A stretch of DNA of 61,321 nt, counting the filler, from Candidatus Babelota bacterium (GTDB lineage Bacteria > JAGOBX01): assembly GCA_017999075.1 (NCBI GenBank). It is 6 parts of 6 records of this genome, joined end to end, with 100 filler letters (N's around TTAATTAATTAA, not from the genome) between each part and the next. Parts side by side here need not be neighbours in the genome. Positions count along the whole stretch, not along the records: positions 30,884 to 40,993 come from JAGOBX010000089.1; positions 41,094 to 51,192 come from JAGOBX010000090.1; 4 more parts are not named here. One strand, 5' to 3'. The translations under genes were made by a program, and so were the position numbers. The notes under the pieces are model-generated. The model did not search any database. It was not told the DNA's origin and saw only the letters and a program-made list of their open reading frames with translations. Positions within the stretch are counted from its first letter, which is position 1. Each line of letters begins with the position of its first letter. Positions 32,460-42,438 of this stretch are shown here, one piece after another.

Positions 32460-32774
32460 TTACTCTTTATCTACGCTGTCATCAAGCAAACTTGCCGTAA
32501 ATGATTCGCCTTGTTTTTGGAGTTCTTCATTCAGCTTTTGAATTTTTTTAATTTTTAAAATTCCCCTGACCATTTTTTTTTCAAATTCTTTAACCCATTT
32601 TTCTTCTTCATTTTTACCAAAATCAAAAGTTGAAGTTGCTCCAAATTTAGAATCATCCTGTAAAACATCAATTATCTTATTTAATTCAGTTATCTTGTCT
32701 TCCAATTCAGACTTCATATTTCCAAGATAATCAAGCTGTATTTTTATATTCGATACAATTTTTTCTCTGCTCAT
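32460..32774 (-). CDS. Hypothetical coiled-coil protein (likely start MSREK)
   Basis: GGGGA RBS-like sequence before ATG 32774; heptad pattern. Confidence 0.5.
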   Translation of the reverse strand: MSREKIVSNIKIQLDYLGNMKSELEDKITELNKIIDVLQDDSKFGATSTFDFGKNEEEKWVKEFEKKMVRGILKIKKIQKLNEELQKQGESFTASLLDDSVDKE

Positions 32775-32925
32775 AACAATCCCCTGCCAGCAATCCGCAA
32801 TCACCGTTTAATTTAAATGTCAAAAATAATACTCAATTCAAATGTTCTTATATTACATTTAAATTATTACATATTGTCATTAAAAAATCAATATTTATTT
32901 TTGTTTTACTTTATAAAATCAATTT

Positions 32926-32965
32926 TAAAATTCTATGGTTTTAAAAATAAAACCATAGAATTTTA
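32926..32965 (-). terminator. Hairpin downstream of the dihydropyrimidine dehydrogenase-like gene, probable terminator
   Basis: Perfect 18-bp inverted repeat TAAAATTCTATGGTTTTA / TAAAACCATAGAATTTTA with a 4-nt loop, about 27 nt after the stop codon. Confidence 0.65.
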
Positions 32966-32992
32966 ATTTTCAATCAAAAATTAAATTGGTTT

Positions 32993-35509
32993 TTAATCTT
33001 CTTTCAATGCTTTCAATTCTTCTTTAGTGCGTTTCCTTAAACTCAAAGCATTAGCAAAACATTTCAAAGTACAGATTCCGCAACCTATACATTTTTCAGG
33101 ATCAGTAACAGGGATTTTTTTATCATTCAAACTTATAGCCATATACGGACACCTTGAACAATTTCCGCAATGTTCGCACAAATCCTCATTAACAGCAGAT
33201 ATTTTTTTAACAGGAGTCAATTCCATAAAACCTACTGTATGTTCAGGGAGAATAATACCGATTAATTCTTTCATAGATTTAATTCCGCGCTGTTTCATCA
33301 ATTCGCTCAATCCATTTGCCAAATCCTTATAAATACCATAGCCGTATTTTGTAGCAATAGTGCAGAACTGTACGGTTTTACAGCCAAGAGCAAGGAAATT
33401 TCCGGCCGCTTTATAATCCATAGGTCCGCCATTACCTGAAATATGAAGTTTTAAAGAAGAAATGTTCGCAAGATTAAAATTACTTATCGGAGTTACTCCT
33501 TCGCCGCTCATTCCTATAACAACTCCATCTTCCCAAACCCTGTTTTTTCTATTCTGAAAATCAAGAGTAGGGAAAGTATTAGCTAAAGTAATTCCGGCTT
33601 TCTTTTTAGGATATTTATCAAACACCCGTTTAACAGCTCTTCCTATTACATGTATGGAAGTTACAGCTCCGGTAAGTTTAAAAAGTTTCGGTATTTCAGG
33701 ATCGCTGCATTCCATTACCCAATCAATGATTTTAGCTGTTAATTCAGCGTTTTGAGAAACTATATCGCCTTCTGTTCCATCGCCGCCCTGAGGACACGAC
33801 AAACTGTATTCAATACCCATAACCCCGGCTTTTTCAAGTTTTTTAGTATTTGCCTGCCATCCTTTTTTATCATTAGCGTCATCTCCTGTAACTGGCCCTC
33901 CTGTTGATGCCATCGTCAATCTGTCAGGATATAATTTTATAAGTTTTTTAACCTCAGCGCACACTCTGTCAAGAGAATGCCCTGAAACATTATCACAGTT
34001 GCCGTAAGTATTTTCATTATACACGCACATATATTCAGACGGTATATGTATAGGTATTCCGTCAAACGCAGTTTTCATTATACCGCCTGCCCATCCGTTT
34101 TCATAAGCTTTTTTCATCTGATCAAACCCATCGCTTGTAGGAGCGGCTGACAGCAAAAACGGAGATCTGATTTTTCTGCCGAAGAAATCAGTTTCAAGAG
34201 ATACAGGTTCAGGATTATACCCGTCAATCACAGCAATGCTTTTAACCTTTTTCTCGATTTTAGGAGGTTTTTTTGAACTTAAGAAAGCTTCAACTTCAAC
34301 TCCAGTATTTTTTCCTGCTGCCACAGCTTCTACAACAGTAGTAGGTCCATTATCGCAATCTCCAGAATAAAACAATCCTTTAATTTTATTTTTTTTCAAA
34401 CCAGAATGATTTCCTATTGCAATAATAACAAAATCAATATCATTTCTTACCTGATTAGTATTCGGAATTTCTTTAATATCTCTCAAATTGAATTTAACTC
34501 CTGACGGAAGTTCAACTTTCGCAGTTGATAATCCTGTTATTTTCTTTCCATCAGAACTCAATATTCCCGTAACTTTTATTCTTCCATTAACATCTATTCC
34601 GCTTTCAATCAATTCACGCATTTCCTGAACTGTCAGCGGCATTTCACCGAGAACTTCAAGCGCAAAAATTTCTACGCGTTTAGCTCCTGATTTTTCCGCT
34701 GTGAAAGCGCAATCAGCAGCAGTAGCTCCGCCGCCTATTACAGCAACGCGTTTATTTTTCAAATTATGTTTTTTAAAATCCGACAGATATTCTGTTCCTG
34801 AAACTCCCAAATTTTCATTTAAAATATTCATTTTATAGGATACAGGCAGTCCGGTACATACCACTACAGCATCATATTTTTTTGTCAATCCGGCAAAATC
34901 CTGTTCTTTCACTTCTGTTTTATATTTAACATTTATATTTGACAGCGAATATACAAAATCTATATCGCTTTTCAAAACATTTTTAGGAAGACGAAAATCA
35001 GGAATCAGATTGCAGGCTCCGCCTGATTTATCAGTTTTTTCCAAAATGTCGACCTTATATCCTTTCTGCGACAAATATGCGGCACAGGCAATGCCTGCAG
35101 GACCTGCTCCTACAAGGGCAACTTTTTTACCATTTGGTTTTATTTTTTTAAATTCAGGCATTACTCCAAGTTCTTTTGCTTTCTGAACAAGTTTTGACTG
35201 AATATTAGGGATATCCAATGAAAAATCAAATTCCTTATGAACGCAGCCGCTCATACAATGTTTATCAGGACATACCATCCCGCATATTCCTCCAAGAGGA
35301 TTCAAACTTAATATTTCAGCTGCGGCACGCCTGAAATCAGAAGGATTTCCCAATTTAGCAGCCATTATAAAATCCGCCGGAGAACAATTCGCCGGACATG
35401 CTGTTTTACAGGGTTTTTCTTCACAATATTCACACTTACCAATTTCATTTTTCAATTGACCTTCCGAATAAAAAAATCCTTTATCGCGCAGTTTTTTCAA
35501 TTTAATCAC
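32993..35509 (-). CDS. Single-chain dihydropyrimidine dehydrogenase-like enzyme (PreT-PreA fusion)
   Basis: CEYCEEKPCKTACP, NPLGGICGMVCP, GAGPAG, GGGATAADCA (GltD/PreT); then SPFLLSAAP, GWAGGIMKT, LSCPQG, KLT, ANT, ISGNGG (FMN barrel) and a C-terminal 2x[4Fe-4S] ferredoxin (PreA). Confidence 0.85.
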   Translation of the reverse strand: MIKLKKLRDKGFFYSEGQLKNEIGKCEYCEEKPCKTACPANCSPADFIMAAKLGNPSDFRRAAAEILSLNPLGGICGMVCPDKHCMSGCVHKEFDFSLDIPNIQSKLVQKAKELGVMPEFKKIKPNGKKVALVGAGPAGIACAAYLSQKGYKVDILEKTDKSGGACNLIPDFRLPKNVLKSDIDFVYSLSNINVKYKTEVKEQDFAGLTKKYDAVVVCTGLPVSYKMNILNENLGVSGTEYLSDFKKHNLKNKRVAVIGGGATAADCAFTAEKSGAKRVEIFALEVLGEMPLTVQEMRELIESGIDVNGRIKVTGILSSDGKKITGLSTAKVELPSGVKFNLRDIKEIPNTNQVRNDIDFVIIAIGNHSGLKKNKIKGLFYSGDCDNGPTTVVEAVAAGKNTGVEVEAFLSSKKPPKIEKKVKSIAVIDGYNPEPVSLETDFFGRKIRSPFLLSAAPTSDGFDQMKKAYENGWAGGIMKTAFDGIPIHIPSEYMCVYNENTYGNCDNVSGHSLDRVCAEVKKLIKLYPDRLTMASTGGPVTGDDANDKKGWQANTKKLEKAGVMGIEYSLSCPQGGDGTEGDIVSQNAELTAKIIDWVMECSDPEIPKLFKLTGAVTSIHVIGRAVKRVFDKYPKKKAGITLANTFPTLDFQNRKNRVWEDGVVIGMSGEGVTPISNFNLANISSLKLHISGNGGPMDYKAAGNFLALGCKTVQFCTIATKYGYGIYKDLANGLSELMKQRGIKSMKELIGIILPEHTVGFMELTPVKKISAVNEDLCEHCGNCSRCPYMAISLNDKKIPVTDPEKCIGCGICTLKCFANALSLRKRTKEELKALKED

Positions 35510-35573
35510 CTCAAAATTTCAAAAAATATGTTTAAAATACTACTTTATTTTTTTATATAAATCAACAATAAAT

Positions 35574-37409
35574 TTATTTTTCCATAGATATTATGGTTTC
35601 ATCAGATAAAATTTTTTCTTTTAAAATACAATCATTCAAAAAATCACAGCTTCTGCAGTATTTATTTATAGACGGAGGAAAAATTTCAAGACTTATACTT
35701 TTTTTTAATTTATCAAAATCATTATCTCCGGCATTATTATTTTTTAATTTATTGATTTTTTCTTCGTATAACCTTGTTTTTTCTATAATTATTTCCGATG
35801 TTTTATCAATATCTTCAAGCAGATTTTCTATTCGTTTTATCACCGAAAAAGTCGATATTTTTTTATCAAACTCCATCATAAACAAACTTACATTTTCAAT
35901 TTTAACTCCAAACATATTTTCTGCTGCCCAGAAATATATAGACAACTGATCATCCTCATCTATATCTTCCTGAGTCCTGTCTGTAGGTTCTGTTTTATAA
36001 TCAAGTATTTCAAACATACCGTTTCCCAAATCGTCAATCCTGTCTATATAACCGTTCATATTGACATTTTTACCTATGGGTATTTCAAAATACGCTTCAG
36101 TTATATAAGCAGGTTTAAATTCTTTATCTTTAACAAAAGATTCGTAATATTTTTCAAGCATTTTTTTTCCGTTTTCAAAATATCTTATTTTTTCTTCATC
36201 GCTTGAATATCCCTCTCTAAACTTATCAAAAATAACCGAATAAATTTTCATAAGATAATCATTATTTCTCAATGTTTTATCATATTTGTCATAAAATTTT
36301 TCAAGAGTTTCGTGAACCGAATGCCCCAAATCAAAAAACGGCTGAGGTTTTGACGGAACTCTGTCTATGTATCTCAACTTCCAGCTGTACTGACAATGTT
36401 TAAAACCTGAATATTTAGAATAGCTGAGCTTTAATCTTTTTGAATATTCCGAAAAACTTTCCCCGCATTTATCAAATGGTTTTTTAGTCCAGTAAACACA
36501 TTTAGAATAATAACTGCAATACGCACATCCGCCTGATGGTCTTGCAAGTTCTAGATCATTATTGCATTGTTCTATATAAATCCTGCGTCCCCGGAATATA
36601 TAATTATCCGATAACTTTATTACCTGTTTATTATGATTAACGCTGTATTCCATCACGGAAATATTATAAAGATTTTCTTTTATTCTGCGTTCAAACTCTA
36701 TAATTTCTTTCTGTTCAGGAACAATTTCTATTGTTTCTCCGGAATCAAGATACAGCAATTTCAATTTTATTTTTTTATTCTTGTATGCAGGGTTCTGCAT
36801 CGCTGCCAAAACCGCAGACTGATTTCTCAAATCATTTATTAAAAAAGATTTATTGCCGGGCACAGAACCAACTTTAAAAAAATATAAAATAACATCTGTG
36901 TCACTTATGTCAATTCTATTGATTATATTATAAAAATAATAATTGTTGTATCTCAGCACAAGAAATTCTTTAACAGAAATACCAGTTAGATTCTCAGGCA
37001 AGAATCTTGTATAATACATATCAGCCATTTTCAATGCTTTTGAAAAGGTTTCATCATCAATATTCATATTTTTAATGTTAGCCCTGGTTTTCTCTAAAGA
37101 ATTGAAAAGCATCTTTATATCAGCATCCTGCTTTAAATATATGTTCAAATAAATAATCTGTTTATGAAAATCTATTATTCCCGGTTCTATTAAAGCAAAC
37201 AATTTCAGATAAATGTTTTCACAATCCTGAACAGAATCACGTGCAGAACTGTTATCTCCTTCTTTCAAGTCTGATTTAATCTGAACATTTTTGCAATCAT
37301 ACTCAGCAGTTTCAATAAACCTGTATTTATATGAAAGAGGGCATTTTTCTATAAGTTCAAAATGTTTTCTTGTTAACTTCAAATCATTATAAGGTATAAA
37401 GCTGCTCAT
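35574..37409 (-). CDS. PD-(D/E)XK (RecB/Cas4-like) nuclease with two tandem nuclease domains
   Basis: C-terminal domain LSYS...C, GHSVHETLE, E...GYIDRID...ILDYKT...QLSIY, CRSCDFLNDC; N-terminal domain CPLSYKYRFIE...NRID...CAYCSYYSKC. Confidence 0.82.
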   Translation of the reverse strand: MSSFIPYNDLKLTRKHFELIEKCPLSYKYRFIETAEYDCKNVQIKSDLKEGDNSSARDSVQDCENIYLKLFALIEPGIIDFHKQIIYLNIYLKQDADIKMLFNSLEKTRANIKNMNIDDETFSKALKMADMYYTRFLPENLTGISVKEFLVLRYNNYYFYNIINRIDISDTDVILYFFKVGSVPGNKSFLINDLRNQSAVLAAMQNPAYKNKKIKLKLLYLDSGETIEIVPEQKEIIEFERRIKENLYNISVMEYSVNHNKQVIKLSDNYIFRGRRIYIEQCNNDLELARPSGGCAYCSYYSKCVYWTKKPFDKCGESFSEYSKRLKLSYSKYSGFKHCQYSWKLRYIDRVPSKPQPFFDLGHSVHETLEKFYDKYDKTLRNNDYLMKIYSVIFDKFREGYSSDEEKIRYFENGKKMLEKYYESFVKDKEFKPAYITEAYFEIPIGKNVNMNGYIDRIDDLGNGMFEILDYKTEPTDRTQEDIDEDDQLSIYFWAAENMFGVKIENVSLFMMEFDKKISTFSVIKRIENLLEDIDKTSEIIIEKTRLYEEKINKLKNNNAGDNDFDKLKKSISLEIFPPSINKYCRSCDFLNDCILKEKILSDETIISMEK

Positions 37410-39679
37410 TTTAATTTATCCTGTTTAATAATAAAATTTATGACACTTTTATCCAAATCAACAGCAGATAGATACTGTTTAAATATTTTTTCCGCATTTT
37501 TTTTATCTTCAAGTTCCGCATAAATTTTATACAGCAAACAATAATGCGGAATTTCATAACCTTCTGCAGGTTTATTGTTCAGCAATAATTTGACTGCAAG
37601 ACTTTTTTTATTAATCGAATTTAAATATTTAGAATAAAAATATACTGCTTTCAGCGTCAAATTATGAGATTGAGCATTGTTTATCATTTTTACCAAAAAC
37701 TGCTCGCATAATTCAGGAGAAATTTTATATGCTGTAATAAATTTATTATATAAACAAAAAACATTGTCAGAACTTATTGATTTGAGTTCATATTCAGCTC
37801 TGAAATATTTTTTTGTGTTGATTAACGAATCAATTTTTTTTAATTTCTTATAAATTGATAAATCTATTCCGTCATCAGAATCAGCCATATTTTTCAATTG
37901 AAATGCGGCAGAATCAGCATAATTCAATTTCCCATAAATTTCAGACAACAGGAGTCTTGATTTATTTACGTATTCAGAATTAAATTTGGCGGGTTTTGAA
38001 AGGATTGAATTCAAATAACCTGCAGCATTGTCATATTTCTCGTTCATAAAAAAATCAACGGCTTTATAATAAATCAGTATCTCGTTTTTTTTATCTCCGG
38101 ATAAATTAATATCATCAAGAATTTTAACAAGTTCTCCATATTTTCCCTTATTAAAATATTTTCCTGTCAGCAGATATAAATCAAACGGTCTCAATTCATT
38201 TACAAAATCTCTATGATTTTTATATTCTTCCAATTTTATTTTATTAAAACATTCAGCAATATAATCATAATATTTTTCGTCTCCAATACTATTTTTATTC
38301 CGTTTAACATCATTGAGAGCAATTTCCAGTTTCCCCGACAGAATATTCGATAAAACAGATAATTCTATTGCTCCTGAAATCAGATCTCCCGCACCGCCGG
38401 CTACAGTTATTTTTCCCAAATCAGATGCGCACAAAGAATAATTCCCGTTTATAAACCAGAAAAGGCCGCTTAACAAATTAACTTTCCTGAAATTATCATT
38501 TTCGAAATATTTTTCCGAATACTCATTTTTAAAAATCATAAACTCATTCAAATTATTTTTTCTGAATAATACCGACATTTTTTTATATTCAAGATATTCT
38601 CTGTCAGGAAACCTGTTTTTTTCCAGCTCTTCAATAAAAGAAAGAGATTTATCATATTTCTTCGACCCTATATACACATCAATCAAAATCTTCTGAGCAG
38701 TAACTTTCAATGAAGTTTCAGGATATTGTTTAAAAAATCTTATTATCTCCTGTTCGGCAGAATCATATTTCTGAGTAAAATAATATGATATCGCAACTGC
38801 AAGTTTAAGTTCCGGATAAAAATTGAATTCATCAAAATCTTTCAATTTTCCTATTGCCTGTATAGCCTCGTCAAACTTTAATTGCTGAATAAAAATAAGT
38901 GACTGGAGGTATTTTCTTAAAAACAAAAGTTTTTCAGAAGTTGTCCTTACTTTTTTATTCAATTCAAAAACCGCTTCATCGTAGTATTTCAAATTGAATA
39001 ACGATAATGCTTTTTTATAACTTAAATACGGATCATCTTCATTTTTATATCCTGAACTGTTGTAAAAATCAAGGGCAGTTTTAAATTTGTTCTGATTAAA
39101 ATAAATTTCACCATAAATCAAGTTAAGCGAATTTTTTCTTTCTTCGGAATTTATACGTGTTTTCAAACCGTTTAGAATTTCAACAGCTTTAGTATAATCG
39201 GTTTTTTTATAATAAATCAGCGCCCTGTTATAATCCAGGTACCAGTCATCAGTTATCGAACTAAACTCTTTTTTTATTTTTGCAAGCAATTCTACAAGTT
39301 CGTCATATCTGTCAAAAGCAAGTAAAATAGAAGCTTTGAAAAAATGCGCTGACAGTTCATACTGTTTATCCGGAGTTCCTGAATATATCAGACCATCAAT
39401 TTCATTTTCAGCCGAATTATAGTCTTTTACATTTATATAACACTCTGCAAGAAGCAAATTTATTCTGTATTTAAGCCAAGGTTCTATGTAATTGGATTTT
39501 TTATAAAAATTGATTTCTTTTATGCATTCCGAATATTTTTCATTTTCAAAATAAATTAAAGACTGGACAATTGAGCCCTTGTTATCAGCAAAAATACTAA
39601 CATTCAAAAATAAAAACATTATCATAAAAAATAATGCTTTTATTTTACATAATTTTATTCTGATATGTTTATCTGTCAT
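37406..39679 (-). CDS. Secreted/periplasmic TPR protein
   Basis: Signal-like N-terminus and many helical TPR-like repeats (e.g. FFKQYPETS). Confidence 0.75.
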   Translation of the reverse strand: MTDKHIRIKLCKIKALFFMIMFLFLNVSIFADNKGSIVQSLIYFENEKYSECIKEINFYKKSNYIEPWLKYRINLLLAECYINVKDYNSAENEIDGLIYSGTPDKQYELSAHFFKASILLAFDRYDELVELLAKIKKEFSSITDDWYLDYNRALIYYKKTDYTKAVEILNGLKTRINSEERKNSLNLIYGEIYFNQNKFKTALDFYNSSGYKNEDDPYLSYKKALSLFNLKYYDEAVFELNKKVRTTSEKLLFLRKYLQSLIFIQQLKFDEAIQAIGKLKDFDEFNFYPELKLAVAISYYFTQKYDSAEQEIIRFFKQYPETSLKVTAQKILIDVYIGSKKYDKSLSFIEELEKNRFPDREYLEYKKMSVLFRKNNLNEFMIFKNEYSEKYFENDNFRKVNLLSGLFWFINGNYSLCASDLGKITVAGGAGDLISGAIELSVLSNILSGKLEIALNDVKRNKNSIGDEKYYDYIAECFNKIKLEEYKNHRDFVNELRPFDLYLLTGKYFNKGKYGELVKILDDINLSGDKKNEILIYYKAVDFFMNEKYDNAAGYLNSILSKPAKFNSEYVNKSRLLLSEIYGKLNYADSAAFQLKNMADSDDGIDLSIYKKLKKIDSLINTKKYFRAEYELKSISSDNVFCLYNKFITAYKISPELCEQFLVKMINNAQSHNLTLKAVYFYSKYLNSINKKSLAVKLLLNNKPAEGYEIPHYCLLYKIYAELEDKKNAEKIFKQYLSAVDLDKSVINFIIKQDKLK

Positions 39680-39699
39680 AATAGTTTATTTATCTAACT

Positions 39700-40209
39700 T
39701 CAATTTATTTCATATTTAATTTTAACAGGAACATTTTCAAATCCTTGTTCTGATTCTTCAAATTTCCAATTTTTTACGGATTTAATCAAATAATCATCGA
39801 GTTCATACAATCCTGAACTTTTAATTATTTCTATATTATTGACAATTCCTTTATTATTTATTTCAAGTTTCAAATCAATATCGTATTTTTTTTCATCATC
39901 AAGCCATTCAGGGCAGTCCGGAAGAGGAAAATAAATCATTTTACGAGATAAGTTTTCTTTTATAAAAAAAGTTTTTCCGGTGGGTTTGGAAATTTTAGGA
40001 GTTACTTTAACTATATCTATATCTTTTTCTTCAATAACAGGTACAGTATCTTTTAATTCATTTTTTATTTCGATGTTTTTATCTGATAAAGGAGTTACCT
40101 CCATTTGCAATTGATTTTTTTTTTGAGGACAAAATAATAAAAGAAATACCAATAATAAGCATATTATCAGTAATATGGTAATAATAATATTCTTGGTTTT
40201 ATGCTCCAT
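39700..40209 (-). CDS. Energy transducer TonB-family protein (short)
   Basis: N-terminal TM, C-terminal INNKGIV...IIKSSG...LD...SVKNWKF. Confidence 0.75.
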   Translation of the reverse strand: MEHKTKNIIITILLIICLLLVFLLLFCPQKKNQLQMEVTPLSDKNIEIKNELKDTVPVIEEKDIDIVKVTPKISKPTGKTFFIKENLSRKMIYFPLPDCPEWLDDEKKYDIDLKLEINNKGIVNNIEIIKSSGLYELDDYLIKSVKNWKFEESEQGFENVPVKIKYEIN

Positions 40210-40229
40210 TTAATAAACCATAAACCGGG

Positions 40230-40832
40230 TTAAATAATATTTAATATCCGTTTTATCATATCGCTGAGTTCTTTAATTTTTATAGGCTTAGAAACATATG
40301 AATCTGCCCCTGTCGCATATATTTTTTCAATATCTGAAAGTTTATTTAATCCGGTTAACGCTATAATCGGAATTTTTTTGGTGGATTCGTAGTTTTTAAA
40401 ATATTTTATAGTTTCAAAACCGTCCATTTCAGGCATTACCATATCAAGTAAAATTAAATCGGGTTTAAAATCTACAGCTTTTGTGCCTGCCTCAATACCA
40501 TTTTTAGCGGTTTCCACTCTATAACCCATCGCTTTTAAATTAATTGATAAAGTGTCTAATATATCAGCATCGTCATCAACGCATAAAATACGCTTTTTAA
40601 TATCTTCCCCCATATTCTTCATAAGCATATTATTTTTACGGACAAATTCTTCAAGGTCAACCAGCCGAATCTTATACTGACCTCCTACTGTCTGAAATGC
40701 TTTTAATTCATGCTGCTGAATCCAATTGCGTATAGTTCTTGCGGAAACAAAACATTTTTTCGCCGCTGCCTGCGATGAAATAACAACATCTTCTTTTTTC
40801 AAATTATCATTGCTTTCATTATTATTTTTCAT
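40230..40832 (-). CDS. Response regulator with N-terminal excisionase/MerR-like HTH
   Basis: SSQAAAKKCFVSARTIRNWI...LKAFQTVGGQYKI; REC domain CVDDD, LLDMVMP, SKP. Confidence 0.88.
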   Translation of the reverse strand: MKNNNESNDNLKKEDVVISSQAAAKKCFVSARTIRNWIQQHELKAFQTVGGQYKIRLVDLEEFVRKNNMLMKNMGEDIKKRILCVDDDADILDTLSINLKAMGYRVETAKNGIEAGTKAVDFKPDLILLDMVMPEMDGFETIKYFKNYESTKKIPIIALTGLNKLSDIEKIYATGADSYVSKPIKIKELSDMIKRILNII

Positions 40833-40866
40833 ACAAACACCTTTTTTCTTATATTTCCTTTTTTTC

Positions 40867-40993
40867 CACGATATAATAAATTTATATTATGACAGTCACA
40901 TATCTATTCAAGTGTCCAAACATGAAGGTTTAGGATTAGGATTTTATGAAGCATTAGCAACAGGCACTCCAGTAATATCATTAAATACTCAAC
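40867..40993 (+). pseudogene. Start-less fragment of a GT4 glycosyltransferase at the contig end
   Basis: Translates HDIINLYYDSHISIQVSKHEGLGLGFYEALATGTPVISLN (E-x7-E GT-B motif); no room for its N-terminal half. Confidence 0.55.
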
Positions 40994-41093
40994 NNNNNNN
41001 NNNNNNNNNNNNNNNNNNNNNNNNNNNNNNNNNNNNNTTAATTAATTAANNNNNNNNNNNNNNNNNNNNNNNNNNNNNNNNNNNNNNNNNNNN
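40994..41093. other. Artificial contig linker
   Basis: N44-TTAATTAATTAA-N44. Confidence 0.98.
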
Positions 41094-42375
41094 TAAGGAG
41101 CAATTTTAACTCTGTAATGCTTTTTTGGTGTTTTTTCAAATGAAAATAAGAAGAAGCTTCGAAAAATTTTATATTAAAATATTTTTGGTCATCTGTTAAT
41201 TTTATGATTGAAGATATTTTAAGAACATCGTCGTATTTATTAAGCGTATAATAAGCATAAACTGTTTTTTCAAGTATTTCAAGATTTGAAATTTTGTTTT
41301 TAACGGCAAAATTTTCATAAACATAAATCAAATCGTTTAATTTATCAGCTTTATAAAGCGCGTTTATTGATAAAGCAAGTAAATCTTCCCTTATAATATC
41401 GGGATATTTTTTCAATCCTGTAACAAAATAATTTGAAGCAATATCATATCTTCCTGAATTATAATATATCAGACCAATTCTGTAAGGAACTTCATTCAGA
41501 TAATGAGGCATTCCTGTTGATTCGATTTTTAAAAGGTATTCTATGCTTTTATCCTGATTATTAAGCATATCATAACATTGAGATATTCTAAGAAGAACAA
41601 GATTTATAAAATCAGGTTTAATAGAAAATTTCTCGACAGCAGTTAAATATGATAGAGCTTTTTCATGATTTTTCTTTGCGAAATAAATGTCTCCGGTATA
41701 AAAATAAAATCTCTGCCTGTCCAGATCAGATAATAATCCTGTGTCAGATTGTTCGAAATTGAATTTGTCTGAAATATCCAAGGCTTTGTCATATTGTTTA
41801 TTCAGATAATAAGCTTTAAATAATTTAAAACTTAATGAAATGTCTTCTTTTGAATCGTTTTCATTTTTATATGTTTCTATTGCCTTGTCATATTTCCCGG
41901 TGTTAAAATAACAGTCACCGATATATATTGAAGCTGCGCGCAAGTTTTCCGAGTTCTTCTTTTTTTTTGCAGTTGTTGATGAGGAAATTTTAATATATTT
42001 ATTGAATTGAAATATAGCGTTTTCAAATTCATTTTTATAATAATAACCCAATCCGAGATTGAATACAGCTATGTCAAGGTTATGGTATTTGGGATAATTT
42101 ACTGTTATTACGGAAAATTTTAAAATAGAAGAATCGTATTGCTCAAGAATTTGATAACATTGTCCCAGCCATAAATAAGCGTCTGCAATGCTGCTGCTTC
42201 TGGGATAAGTTGAAATGAATTTTTCGAATTGATCAGCAGCCATAGATGGATCCTGCTGAAACAATTTCAATCCGAATTCAAAATCATCCTGTTCTTTTCC
42301 GGCAAAAACCGAACATATGAATATATTAACTAATAATATTGCTGTTATAAATATTTTTTTATAGAATTTCATCAA
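41094..42375 (-). CDS. Periplasmic TPR protein, 3'-truncated
   Basis: Signal peptide; FISTYPRSS...AYLWLGQCY and NYPK...AVFNLG TPRs. Confidence 0.82.
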
Positions 42376-42438
42376 TAAAACCCAAGTTTAAAATTTTAAT
42401 TAATTATTATAAAATAAAATTTTAATTTTGTAAAGGAT

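Noticed and set aside
35574-37409. Cas4 or CRISPR-Cas locus
   Set aside because: No cas1/cas2 or array nearby; generic RecB-family features only
40230-40832. Excisionase as a sign of a prophage or mobile element
   Set aside because: The HTH is fused to a receiver domain, a common regulator type; no integrase, transposase or att site seen in the window
40726-41049. 107-aa ORF as a complete gene
   Set aside because: The first part is antisense to the response regulator and the end runs into the linker; only the GT4 fragment is meaningful
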